Shown here in pieces: positions 47,574-59,500 of a DNA stretch of 64,000 nt. Numbering within the stretch: the stretch's first letter is position 1; each line of letters starts with the position of its first letter. Under the pieces are notes generated by a model. The model was given only the letters and a program-made list of their open reading frames with translations. It ran no database searches and was not told the origin of the DNA. The stretch is from Coniocarpon cinnabarinum. Its lineage: Eukaryota. Location: contig JAVECO010000010.1 in NCBI GenBank assembly GCA_051942205.1, positions 1 through 64,000 of the forward strand. The letters are read 5' to 3'. Made by a program: the position numbers and the translations under genes.

Positions 47574-48572
47574 TCACAGCTTGCCCACGTCCGTTTGCGC
47601 AAGTTCAGGGTCCAGCGAACGCACAAATCCTGCTATACGCTCACAGAGTGTTCTCACTACATCATCGCTATTGTCGTTGAGATTGTGGCCAGCACCGGGC
47701 AGTACACCACTGCGATCGTCCCACAGGCCGTTGCTCCCTTTGACGTACGTTTCCCATCTCCCTATCAGCTCAGCCTTGTCTACTCGTTGAGGCATGCCGT
47801 CGTCTTTCTCGCCTAACAGGACTAGGGTCTTCACGCCCCTTGTGGCAAGCCCCTCTGAGCCCCATACTCGCTCTACACGATCATCAGGTAGGTCGCTAGA
47901 GAAGTAATCGTCATCGCCACCGTCGCTGATCAAGCTCAACCATCTGTTGGCGCTTGGCTGAGCTCCAAACATGCCATTGGTGCTCTCGATGGGCAACTGA
48001 TCACGACCTTTGCCCTGATCAACCATCGCGCGCGCCAAGTCGAGCGAGTCGCGAATGAGCTGGGGGGGAAGGCGCCCCTCGACAGCTTCGCGGTCGCTGA
48101 TGCCGGCCTGGAAGACGACGCCGTCAAGCACAGGCCGTTGCTTGACATCTCCAGGGATAGGATTCTGCTTCCACGGCCCGATGAGATAGTTCATGGCATC
48201 CTGGCATCCTGTTGAATGACCTATCAGCACTACCTTGGACGAAGCTCCAGCATTGCGCTGCTTGGCTAGCTGACGAAAGTACGCGACAGCTTTGACGAGG
48301 TCTTCAGAGTCACGCTCGAGCGAGCCAGTCGCGAAGCCGACCCCTGAAGATCTCGTCTGAACTTCGGCAACGGCCCAGGAAGCTGGCAGGACGGTGGCCA
48401 GCACCGAGGGATAGCGGACGGTCAAGAGAGAGTCGTCGAGGCCGCCAACGAACAGCACAAAGTTGTGCGCTGCCGCTGCATTGCCATGAGGGAGGCCGTG
48501 CTCAAATGCAACCAACCGAGAGGCGTAGTGATGCAGGTTGCCAGCGTGAGAAGCAGGCGGGAAGGAAGGCAT
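47574..48572 (-). CDS. DUF1749 alpha/beta-hydrolase (family includes the SidJ siderophore esterase)
   Basis: FVGGLDD, GHSTGCQD nucleophile elbow, QAGISDRE, DDYFSSDL, GAGHN. Confidence 0.88.
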   Translation of the reverse strand: MPSFPPASHAGNLHHYASRLVAFEHGLPHGNAAAAHNFVLFVGGLDDSLLTVRYPSVLATVLPASWAVAEVQTRSSGVGFATGSLERDSEDLVKAVAYFRQLAKQRNAGASSKVVLIGHSTGCQDAMNYLIGPWKQNPIPGDVKQRPVLDGVVFQAGISDREAVEGRLPPQLIRDSLDLARAMVDQGKGRDQLPIESTNGMFGAQPSANRWLSLISDGGDDDYFSSDLPDDRVERVWGSEGLATRGVKTLVLLGEKDDGMPQRVDKAELIGRWETYVKGSNGLWDDRSGVLPGAGHNLNDNSDDVVRTLCERIAGFVRSLDPELAQTDVGKL

Positions 48573-49401
48573 AATTACTTAGCGGAGGATGAATCGATGA
48601 TCAGCCGGCTGGATTGCACACCTTTTGCCGAGCCACGAGGAGGGAGTGGGAGTTTGGAAGACACCATCTCTGGACGACTCGTGGTGGGTAGGTGGTGGTC
48701 ACCAAATAACCAATGACAACTGTTCATCTGGGCCGTCGGTGTTGCGGCCTGATTCTTGAGGCGCCACACGCTCTTCTATTGCCGGTTCGGGACCGTTGCT
48801 CTTTACCAATATTCTCTTCCCCTCACGCTCACCACCTTCTCTCTTGCTTGCATTAGGCCTCTACGTTCCCTTTGACTCCTTTCCTTGGTGGAGCGTCCAT
48901 CACTCCGCACCTGTTATCGGTATGAGCATCAGCATCTGGTAAACTCATTCAGGCTGCGGTCTCCGGACACGGCTGGACGAGAATGAGTCGAAAGTGCAGA
49001 AAAAGGAAGGCCGCAAAGCAGCAATCATCCGGAAGATCCATCTTACTCCTGCATGTCGGCGTTCACGTCATTTCGCGCAATGAAGCCATTCCACACTACT
49101 CGGCTAAGTCTCTCCACCTCCGCAGCTTCTTCTCCGCCTTGGGTATCTCGTGCGCCGCTTTCGTCCTACCTATCGAAGCCATCCTGCAGAGCTAGCTCTC
49201 TATCAAGTGAAAGCGTCTTGCCAGTGATGGCGCACGTCAGGGGTCGGCCCTATACTTACCCACCTTAGCTCCACTGGCTTTCGGCTTCAGAATCGAGTCG
49301 TCATGCGGTGCTTGTGTAAGAGTCTAAGATCTTTATAATCTGTTCCTCGTCTCTGTCTCCGTGGTCTGACTGGGCGGTCTTTGAGTAATAATTCTGGCGC
49401 C

Positions 49402-51250
49402 ATGATTTGCCTCCAAGTCGCCCTCGTAATCTCTGCGTTGGGCTCGGCCCTAGCGCAAAGCACGCCGCCGCCCCCATCGTTAAACAACACAGACTTCGTA
49501 AGCCATAGGTGAAATGCTGTCAATGAGCTTGAAACAACTAATTGGGAGTCATAGAATGCGACAGATCTGCCTGTTGTCGATCTGGGTTATGAGTTGCATA
49601 GAGCGTTGTATCTAAATGTAACTCCACCCGTGCTGTTCGTCGCCCCTCGACTCTTTCTCACTCTTGTTTAAACAGGAGACTGGCAATTTCTACAACTTCA
49701 GCAACATCAGATATGCTGCGCCACCGCTTGGTGCAAATCGTTTCCGGGCACCTCAGCCACCGGAAACAAACCGATCTGTGATTCAAGATGGCTCCCAAGG
49801 GGTCATCTGTCCGCAGGCAGCCCCAAACTGGGAGCTATTCGCAGCTCAGTACTTGCCAGCGGTTCTCCAAGGTCAACCATCAAATCTCACAGAGGCAGAC
49901 TTGGCAGCTCTGAACAACTCAGTCAGCCCTGGCAATATCCCTGCGCCAGATCCGCGCACTACGGAGGACTGTCTCGTCCTTGATGTTGCTGTACCCAAAC
50001 AGGTCTTCGATGGCCAAGGCTCTGGCACGCCCGCGCCGGTTCTGGTCTGGGTGTACGGTGGCGGTTATACTCAAGGGGAGAAGTCGACTTACCCACCACC
50101 TGGCCTGATCTACCGTAGCGAGCAAGGCGGTCGTGAGCCCATCATTTTCGTCGCGATGAACTACCGGTTAGGCGCCTTCGGATGGCTTGGTGGGCCAACA
50201 TTCCAGTCCAGCTCGACTGCGAACAACGGACTCCTGGACCAGCGAGCGGCCTTTGAGTGGGTCCAGAACAACATCGACAAGTTTGGAGGAGACAAGGATC
50301 GAGTCACAGTTATGGGTGAAAGTGCGGGAGGTGGAAGTATTACTCATCATCTTACTGCTTATGGAGGCCGTGACACTCCGCCGTTTCAACAGGCTATTCC
50401 TCAGTCTGCCGCCTGGCAGCCTGTCGTCTCAAACCGTCAGACGGACGACATATACGCCGACTTTCTCACTTACGCCAATGTTTCAACCTTTGAAGAATTG
50501 CAAGGCTTGTCCTCCGAGCAAGTGATCAATGCCAACTACCTGCAGGTAGCAAGGTCACCATACGGCCAGTACACCTATGGACCCATCGTGGACGGCTCTT
50601 ACGTGCCGCAACTCCCTGGGCAGCTTTTCCTTGAAGGCGACTTCAACAAGCAAATTAGAGTGCTGGTAGGCAAGAACTCGCAAGAGTCAGTCCTGTTCAC
50701 CGACCCATTCATCAACTCTGAGGAGGAGTTTCGTGCCTTCATAAGGCAATATTTCCCCACTGCAACGGAGTCTGTTTTGGACTACATCGAGTTCACGTTG
50801 TACCCTGCTGCACCCTATTCAAACGGGTCTCTTTCCTACAACGATTCGACTGGTCGCGTGGGTGCAGTCATTTCCGACAGCACTTTCCGGTGCAATGCCT
50901 ACTATCTGGACAACGCATATGGACAAATGGACCAAGCATACGGCTATTTCTTCGAGGTGCCTCCTGGCATTCACGGGCAAGACATTGTCTACACCTTCTA
51001 CGACAATACGGGTGTAAATCCGAGCTCTCTCTTGTTGAACACGACCGTTGCTGTTGCCCTGCAAGATTGGATAACAACTTTTACGCAAACGGGCATGCCT
51101 TCTGCTCCTGATGTCCAAGGCGTTCCCAACTTCAAACTCTATGAGCCAGACTCACAAGTCGAAGATCTTCAGCTGAGTTCCATTACAGAGATTTCGGATC
51201 CAGACAATAACTACAGGTGTCAGTGGTGGCAGACCGCACAATATTTGTAA
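49402..51250 (+). CDS. Secreted carboxylesterase type B / lipase, 3 exons
   Basis: Signal peptide; spliced LPVVDLGYELHRA; NIRYAAPP; EDCLVLDV; VWVYGGGY; NYRLGAFGWL; FGGDKDRVTVMGESAGG; HGQD. Confidence 0.93.
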
Positions 51251-51702
51251 TATGTGTGGCTCTGTACATCTCATATCTACCTTTTAATCTACTTAGACCT
51301 AATCGGCTCATCACCCAATGCAAGCGAGAACGGTGCACAGCAGCCGGACTTGCCCAAATGATGCTTTTTAGGCGCACCTTCCATTTTCGTGACCTATGGA
51401 TGCCTTCTGCTCGACTCGTGTGTTCACAGTTTGAAGACTTCCCGCCAAAACACTACCCGTAATCGACCCCAAGTATTAGTAGACGTTCAGAGTTTGACCG
51501 TCTGATGTCGCTCGTTTGTATCCCTTCTCGTATCGCTATTTGATTAAGGCCTATAACATTGTCATCCAAATTCAAACCTGCAGATCGCGACGCAACATGT
51601 AATAGAACCAGCGCACATGTCTTCAGGGTGTGGAATCTTTGAGATACATTCATAGTCCTCAGATCCTGCTTCTCCAGCGACTGTCAAACCGCTGTTTTGG
51701 CG

Positions 51703-53184
51703 ATGGCTACAGTAACACGACCACCGACTCCTCCCTGGTCCGCCGCATACCCAGACGCGCCTCTCAGCGAGGGATATCACGGCTCCAAGTCGCGACGTCG
51801 TTCAGTTGTTGACATGTCTGCTGCGGCTTTAGACGGGCTTCGCTCGAACGACAGCCAAGTATCACGTTCATATCCGACCGCGCTGCAAGACGGGTACAGC
51901 GATCGAGGGTACGGTAAAAGTCAGCGGCAAACGGGGCGTTCCAGTCGTAGCGGATCCGAAAATCACAACTGGAAGAATTTCGCTAGAATCAGCCCTCCCG
52001 TGACAGTTCCCGGTGCCAGTGACGCCAAACCCTCAAAAGAGCGAAATATCAACCCAAACCTTGCCGACCGCTTGGCTCGGGCAGAAGACGAGGAGACTAG
52101 AGCTGAGATCAAACGCTTACTTGGAGATGCCAATGCAGAGCCGGACTACTCAGAGATCATGAAAGATCGGGCAAAGGCCTTTGGAGCGAAGAATGTCGAG
52201 GTTCCGCGGGAGCTGCTAAGGACCTTGCCGTACAACTACGGAGAACGGAAGGCGAAAGCATCTCCACAGCAAGACAGCTGGAGAGCGACTTCGTCGAAAA
52301 CGCGATCACCGGAAGACAAGAAGAGCCATAGCCAAGGTCGCAGAGATGATACGGCTCCAGCATCGCAGTCTTATATCAGCGTTGGGAAAGATCCCGGGGA
52401 TGACTCCAGATCAACCACATCTACGACCACGTCACCTGCATCGAGGCCGAGAAGATCACGCATCTTCAGCCCAAATGATCACCACGAGCGTGGAAGGCTG
52501 GACCACGATCGCCCTCCTGGCCTTGGAACGAGTGTTCTCAGTCGGAGCACGACGGCATCATCATATCGCTCGAATTATGAAGATGTACGCGCGGCAAAGC
52601 AAGCAGCTCGCTATGCAAAAGAAATGGAGGAAGTTGGAGCGGCCCGTGAAAGATTGCGTGCAAACCCCGGCATGCTGAACACGGGTTTGGCGCATATTCC
52701 ACCTTTGCCTCCAAGCCAGTTCAATCAGCCAAAAAGTCCCAGCGCCCACAGTAGAAGCGCCCCGTCTGTGAGAAGCCAAAGGTCAAAGAGCTCGGTAAAG
52801 TCTGGGCTGCCCACCAAGACGGGCCGGTATTATCGTCATCGCTTTCTCAACTATTTTCGACGCAAGCGGCAGCGTCGAATGGAACGGCTTGAGGCGAAAT
52901 ACAGAGTGAAGAACGAGAGGCTGACGCGAAGGATGCAAGACAAGCACGACGCCCTCAGCCTGAGAGAGATGCGCAGCCAATCCAAAATCGACCGCCGTCG
53001 AGCCAGAGACACTCAGAAGGAGCAGCAGCGGATGGAACGTCTGACCAAAACCCGGAGAAAGCTGCGTCGTCAGCGTAAACGAGCCTACTCCAGTGCTGAA
53101 GGACGCTTTGAAGCGGGCTCAGACGAAGGTGTTGACGCAAGGGACTTTGCAAGCGAACCTGAGCGGTATGTGATCCCAACCTGA
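51703..53184 (+). CDS. Hypothetical low-complexity S/R-rich protein with basic C-terminal coiled coil
   Basis: ~493-aa uninterrupted ORF; no recognisable domain. Confidence 0.65.
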   Translation: MATVTRPPTPPWSAAYPDAPLSEGYHGSKSRRRSVVDMSAAALDGLRSNDSQVSRSYPTALQDGYSDRGYGKSQRQTGRSSRSGSENHNWKNFARISPPVTVPGASDAKPSKERNINPNLADRLARAEDEETRAEIKRLLGDANAEPDYSEIMKDRAKAFGAKNVEVPRELLRTLPYNYGERKAKASPQQDSWRATSSKTRSPEDKKSHSQGRRDDTAPASQSYISVGKDPGDDSRSTTSTTTSPASRPRRSRIFSPNDHHERGRLDHDRPPGLGTSVLSRSTTASSYRSNYEDVRAAKQAARYAKEMEEVGAARERLRANPGMLNTGLAHIPPLPPSQFNQPKSPSAHSRSAPSVRSQRSKSSVKSGLPTKTGRYYRHRFLNYFRRKRQRRMERLEAKYRVKNERLTRRMQDKHDALSLREMRSQSKIDRRRARDTQKEQQRMERLTKTRRKLRRQRKRAYSSAEGRFEAGSDEGVDARDFASEPERYVIPT

Positions 53185-53657
53185 ACAGGTTATAATATAC
53201 CTGCTTCCAAACACATTCTCAAAGTCTAGGTGGCTGACGACTTGCAGTGGACGATCCTTGGAGCGCGCAGGCTCCTCTCTACGCCACGATGGATGCGCTT
53301 AAGCTACGCAGAATTGGGTGGACAACGTCGGAATAGTGCAGGACTGCCGCTGGTAGCTTTTTTCATGGACGCGGAACTCCTAATTTTTAGTCAATAAGCG
53401 CCGGATAGTCTCCTCAAGTGCTCCTAGTTAAATAGTCGCAACATAGTTGAACGTGATTTGCTGTTATTTTCGTGATTTCTTATGATCACAGTAGTCGAGC
53501 CTAGGTAGTATCGACTGCGCTAACAAAATCACGTGATGTGATGCGTGTTCCCAATTTCGGAGCTCGAGGTCCTCCGCTTCAACATCTTGCGCAACACCAT
53601 TGAACATCTGGAGTCCTCATCCTTGCTACATAGGTCTCGTCAAAGCTATCACGTACA

Positions 53658-54341
53658 ATGATCCGCCCATTAGCCCGTAGCGCGCAATGCGCCGCGCGCT
53701 TTGCTCTCACTTCCTCCCGAACCCACATCACCCGACCCACTGCTCCTTTCGCCATCCACAGACAGCGTGCTGCACCCGCAATATCAATCACAGGACGGAG
53801 ATGGTACGCCGCATCGTCGGGAATGTCGCAGCAGGAGGTTGAAGGTCGCATCATGGATCTATTGAAGGGGTTTGACAAGGTCCGCTTCCGTCCATCAATC
53901 TTTATGGATTATGCACCGGTACTAACATATCTAATTAGGTGAAAGACGCCTCGAAGGCAAGCTTGCTCTCTTCCGGCAGTGGTATTTCCACACTGACATT
54001 TGTGAAAAGCTTTCGTCTGCCTCGCATTTCTCAAACGACCTTGGCCTTGACAGCTTGGATACCGTGGAGGTGGTGATGGCGATTGAAGAGGTTCGCCGTT
54101 ATGCACGACAACATCATACCGCCTCAAGCTTACGTCAGAGCAGGAATTCAGCATTGAGATTCCAGACAAAGAGGCGGATCAGATTCACAGTGGTACTACA
54201 ACTAAAGCAATGACATTACGGAGCTGTACTAACAGCAACTCCAGTGGAACAAGCAGTGAAATACATTTTGGGTCAACCCGATGGTAGGTGCTTCTGTCGA
54301 AAGTAGTTCGCTCATCCACTAATGCCGTTGTAGCGCACTAG
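53658..54341 (+). CDS. ACP1: Mitochondrial acyl carrier protein (complex I NDUFAB1 subunit), 6 exons
   Basis: Arg-rich presequence; spliced [67 protein letters not shown]; DSL phosphopantetheine site. Confidence 0.96.
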
Positions 54342-54910
54342 GTAGCTAAGTGAGAGAGGAAATGTGCATTGGAGAATAGTTGCATTTTCGGGACGTCACC
54401 GATAACGCAGCAATGTAAACATATGGGCCACACAATCAACCAGATCACCTCCTCCTAAATTTTCCATGTATATCTCCGTATGTGTCAGAATGATACGATT
54501 GTGTTCGACAGTCTCAAGTCAATGCTCCCAATCCGTAAAGCATCCTTGGCTCAAACGGGTTTTTCTGCACCTTGTGCCAAGAATTAGGGAAAAACTGGAC
54601 CCTGCCCCATTTGTGCCTGGTTTACTATCAGAACACCTGGATGTGAGCAAGCTCCATAACTCGATATTCCTGGTGAAGTCAATTGTCTGCTAAAAAAGTT
54701 CCTCAGTCCACTCGTGCTGACCGCAACGCTCTTTAAGAACATTCTTGAGTGCGCGGAATAAAGCGAACGGCCAAACAAAATGCCACCCTGAACCCTCACG
54801 TGTCATTCTTCGCAATCGCCCAAATTCTCTATTCGACTATACCGCACTTTCGCAATTGCCTCGGCCTGCAGTGCTTGAATACAATTGGTGACGCCGATCT
54901 TTGAACACGT

Positions 54911-56147
54911 ATGGAGACACCTTCAGGCCTCACGCGGCGGCGAGGCGGTGGCGGCGGTGGTGGTGAGAGAGCAAGTTCGGCAGCCCAAACACCTGATGGA
55001 GAGGACAGAATAAAATCACCCCCACCATACAACCGCCCCACCCCCTCAGACGCCTCGACGTCGTACGACAAATCCGCGAATGGCCACATCATTGCATACG
55101 ATCCAAGAGATATTAGTGAAAGCGAAGAGAGGGTGAAACAGCCGAAGTTGACGTTGATGGAGGAGGTGTTATTACTTGGACTGAAAGACAAGCAGGTGCG
55201 TTGCGTGAAAGCTGTCCCGTTCTCAGGAGGGCTACTCGCTAGTTATACAGTTGCTGACTGCATCGTGCAGGGGCTGCTGTCATTTTGGAACGACAATATT
55301 TCATACGCACTCCGTGGATGCATTGTCCTCGAACTCGCGTTTAGAGGGCGCATTGCAATGACCAAAGACGCTTCGCGAAGACGGTTTCCCCTCGCCGATA
55401 GGATGATAGAAGTCATCGACGATCAGATTACAGGAGAAGTGCTGCTGGACGAGGCGCTGAAAATGATGAAGTCGTCAGAAAAGATGAGCGTCTCCTCTTG
55501 GATTGATCTCATGTCCGGTGCGTTATAATACCTCGCATGTCTTTATGCTCGATATTCAACAAGCATGCATGAGCTGACGCACCCTTTATTCAGGCGAAAC
55601 GTGGAATCTCATGAAGATCGGCTATCAACTCAAGCAAGTACGAGAGCGCCTTCAAAAAGGCCTCGTGGACAAAGGCATCCTCCGCACTGAAAAGCGCAAC
55701 TTCCTCCTCTTCGACATGGCGACGCACCCCGTCGCAGACGGAGGCGCCAAGGACGACCTCCGCAAGCGCGTCCGAAACACACTCACTGCGCGCACCGTTG
55801 TCATTCAACCTTCCCAATTCCTACCCGCCGAAGTCGAGTTCAAGTACCTGCGAACAATCACAATGGTGTGTGCGGCGTATGCTGCAAACGTGTTGGAGAA
55901 CGCGCTTGTGACGTTAGGTCATGAGGCAAGAGAACGGGCATTTGCGCAGGTGGACGAGCTGCTTGGCGAGTTTAGCCAGTGGCCATTTGGAACAAAGACG
56001 GGCGCCAACGAGACGGGAACGGGTGCCAATTTAGGACAGGCGGTCAAGGATGAGGTGGATCAATGGGGGAGTGGAGAGAAAGAGCTGCAAATGGAAATCG
56101 TGGCTGCGTGTTTGAGCGTGTTTACGCGGTTGGACTCACTGTTGTGA
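54911..56147 (+). CDS. VPS74: Golgi phosphoprotein 3 / Vps74, 3 exons (introns 55196-55270, 55518-55593)
   Basis: GLTRRR, LTLMEEVLLLGLKDKQG.LSFWNDNISYALRGCI, GETWN, VRERLQKGLVDKGIL..FLLFDMATHP. Confidence 0.96.
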
Positions 56148-57730
56148 AGCGATTGATGTGCCTGATGATGAGGCTGTCGATGTTGGGCGGGCGTGGACGA
56201 ACTTGCAAGCCTGTGAAGGAAGTCGAGACGGCGAACAGACAAGTCTACACAAGCAATTATGCGACGAAGAATGTATTGGGAGGCCAATCCCCCAAGCGCA
56301 AACACGACGGCAGCGCCGTCTCATGACAGATCTTGCAACGGTCCCGGAGGAAAAGGGCAAGACGGGCGTTGTGGCGAAGTGAAGAGAGGCCAACCTCAAT
56401 CCGCGATGGGCATTTTCACAATTCTAATTGTGCTTCTTGAAAGGAGCTGTTGTACGTATCTTGGTGAATGGTGAGCTGGCTGACCGCCCAGTACATGCTC
56501 ACAGAGTATCTCCACTGTAAGGTCAAAACTCGTGATTACAGCTCAGATTACATCTCTCGTTGGCATGGTCGTATTTTCCCGGCGGGGCTCATTACGCTGT
56601 GGTGTGGAATTGTATCGTTCTCGTTGGATTCGAAACCTCGCAACAAAGACCATGCTCCGTCAAGGTCTCATGAAGCATTCATTGCTTAAGCAACCATCAG
56701 AGAAACACATTCAATTGCATGTTAAGGTAGCATTCACAACGTGCCAGGTGAGGTGCTCATTTCTCAAAATTGTGAACTTCAATGATATTAGATAGCGGCC
56801 CAAAAATCCACAGCTTAACTCAGTATAGAGACCCGGCTGAGTCTTTTTACCGTCCGTTCAGATCACGAGACCTGGAACAGCAAAGGTACAGACATCTCCT
56901 CGGCATCCTGAATAGATGTAGCTGTTGTGCTGAAAGAACCTGAGAAGAGCGAACCTGCAGCGCTGCTACCATGCATGATTGGCCGTTTGCTGTGAATCCT
57001 TTGACTTTTCACTGCTTTGCTTAGAATTTGTGCAAGTAGTGTGCATGACCCAAGTTTTGGAGAGGTATCAGAGTCACGCAAATATGGGAAAGACCGATGC
57101 GCGGAAAGAGCACACGCTAATAAATTTTCTGGAGATCAAAGATGTTAAAGCAGTACCAACACCTGAATCGACAGTTTTTTGGAGGAAATTTAGGCATGAG
57201 GTGTGCTGGAATGGAGCAGGCTAGCGTCGAAGCCGACGCACTGCTTCAAATTGTCTCAGAGTGACGAGTAAAGCCTAGGCAAAGTGCTTGAAGACGTAAG
57301 AGAAAGATGATGAAAAAACTTTACCTCGACGGATTCGTAGCGTTGTTGGAGTACAGCGTCTACACTGCTTGCATTCTCGTGTGGTACATCAATGTGAGTT
57401 TATTGCTTGCTTTTGCATAGATTCGAGAATTGACTATCAGCTGAAAGATGGCACAGTAACTGGCCACGACTTTTGCGTTATCCCTCCCAGCGAGAACTCG
57501 CAAAAGGTGCCGGGCGTTTCAAGAACTTGGTTGACGGCATACTGAATGTCAGATTGCAAGGTTCTTGCCATGTTGATTTCAGGGTACTAATGATTTCACT
57601 TGGTGAGCCCTTTACGCTCAACATGGGCCATTTGTCACCGGGGCGCGCAAAGTACACAGCGCTTTCGATAGAATCGGATATAGCTTACCTTGGTATGGCA
57701 AAAAATGTCAAGGCATGAGAGCAACTCAAT

Positions 57731-58948
57731 CTATTGCGTATCAATAACATGATGAAACTTCTTTTCCTCCCTCTTCTCCCGCTCTGTCATGGGCGGCAAG
57801 TCATGCACCGCAAAGCTTCTGTATCCCTGCAAATACTCATACGTGACGGCCTCCATCTCCGTAGGCTCAATACCCAAATCCGCAAACGTCTTCGCCGTCC
57901 GATCGATCTCTTGGTTGATGAATTCGCGATCCACTTGGTCACCGCTATTCTCAACCCACCATAGTAATCGACGCATGACTTCTACGGCAGGTTTTCGAAT
58001 ATACCGCGGCATGTTGATGTTGGGCCGTCGCTTCATGACTTCTCGGGCGCACACCTCGTAGACTTGCTGCATGCTATACTGCTTTGGACCGTAGAGCTCG
58101 TATGTTTGCGACGCGGTGTTGTCGTCTTGTAGCATTACTTCCAATGCTGCACCGACGTCGATCGCGTGCACTGGCCAGCACGTCTCCCGCAGGTGATTTG
58201 AACTCCACACCGAGCGCTCTCCCGCAAACTTATTCAGGAGTCTGTCCTCCCACCCGAAACAGGGGGCTGGTCTCACAATCGTGGTTTCGGGGAAGATCTT
58301 GCGGACGACTTGCTCGCCGATGCCCTTGGTGCGATAGAATTCGCTCTTGGAATGTGGGTTCGCGTTGTATGATGACATGTGAACAAAGCGGTCGACGTCG
58401 TATTTCGCCACCGCATTCGCAATCCGCTCTGCGCCTTCGACGTGCACATCTTCGAGGTCGAAGTTCTTGGTCGCGAAGTCCTTGCCGACGAGGTTGTAGA
58501 CGATATCGCTATGCCGGACCGATTCTTCAATTGAAGGCGTGTTGCGCAAGTCGTACTCAATGAAGACGACGCGCCCAAGGTCGCCCGAGACCTTGAGATG
58601 ACGCTTCGCCATCTCTTCGCGGAAAGGCACCACTACCGTGCAGCCGCTGCGGGCGAGACGGTTGACGATGTATCGACCGAGGAACCCGGTAGCGCCAAAG
58701 ACAGTCGCCGTGTGGCCACCGAGGGAGGAGCTGCAGAGGCGTTAACATGAATTCGTTGTGTGAGCGTCACAGAGCAAAACATACCGTCCGCCTTGGACGC
58801 GTATGATGGGCTTGCCGGTGCGGGTAATGGCGACATCTTGGAGTGCCCGTCGTTGGTTGGGAAGAAGGGAAGGTTGGCATGATGTTCGACAAGGTAATGG
58901 CGATGCTCTTCTCGCAGCGGAGTAAACGCCTCGACTGCAGGAAGACAT
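57731..58948 (-). CDS. NDUFA9: NADH:ubiquinone oxidoreductase 40-kDa subunit (NDUFA9, nuo-40), 2 exons (intron 58784-58731)
   Basis: Presequence, then GGR|SSLGGHTATVFGATGFLGRYIVN, HLKVSGDLG, RHSDIVYNLVG, YELYGP. Confidence 0.96.
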
Positions 58949-59500
58949 TGTGCGCACTCGGTGACCAGCACACTATACGGATGCGCTATAGGGTGCTGTT
59001 GCTTCACAAACACAACCCAGGGAGCTTCAATGCCAAGACCTTCTTAGGTAAGCATCAGGCTTACCTGCGTCTCAGCGTCTGGACGAAGAGTGTACATTTG
59101 CTGGGCTTGATCTCAGTAGGTTTGGCTACTTCCGTTAAGCCAATGATAGCTTCTGAGCAGCATGGCCCTCTCGTATAGCTGGCAAGGGAGGCACGCGAGG
59201 GCATTGCTTAGCAGGTCGCACCTGACGTTTGTTGCCCTAAGATTCAGGCAAAAAGCCTTTTCGCTTAATGAATTGCTCTTCGAACAATTTCTGTCGTCCA
59301 ACTGCCAATCTATTCCAAAGTACAATCATACTCAAACTGTCCTCCCACACAAAGCTTCAGCTGAACATTACTGTCACTTGTTGAATCCCATCCAGCCGCG
59401 CTGGTCCGAGGCCGCTACTTGGCCGCGTGGTTTCGCGAGATCTTGAGCCTTCGCATCGTCACGGATCTTGCCCCAATCGGCCCGTGAAAAGCGTGCAAAC

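Noticed and set aside
56158..57718. Short ORFs between VPS74 and NDUFA9
   Set aside because: All under 90 aa, without motifs, in a convergent 3' region.
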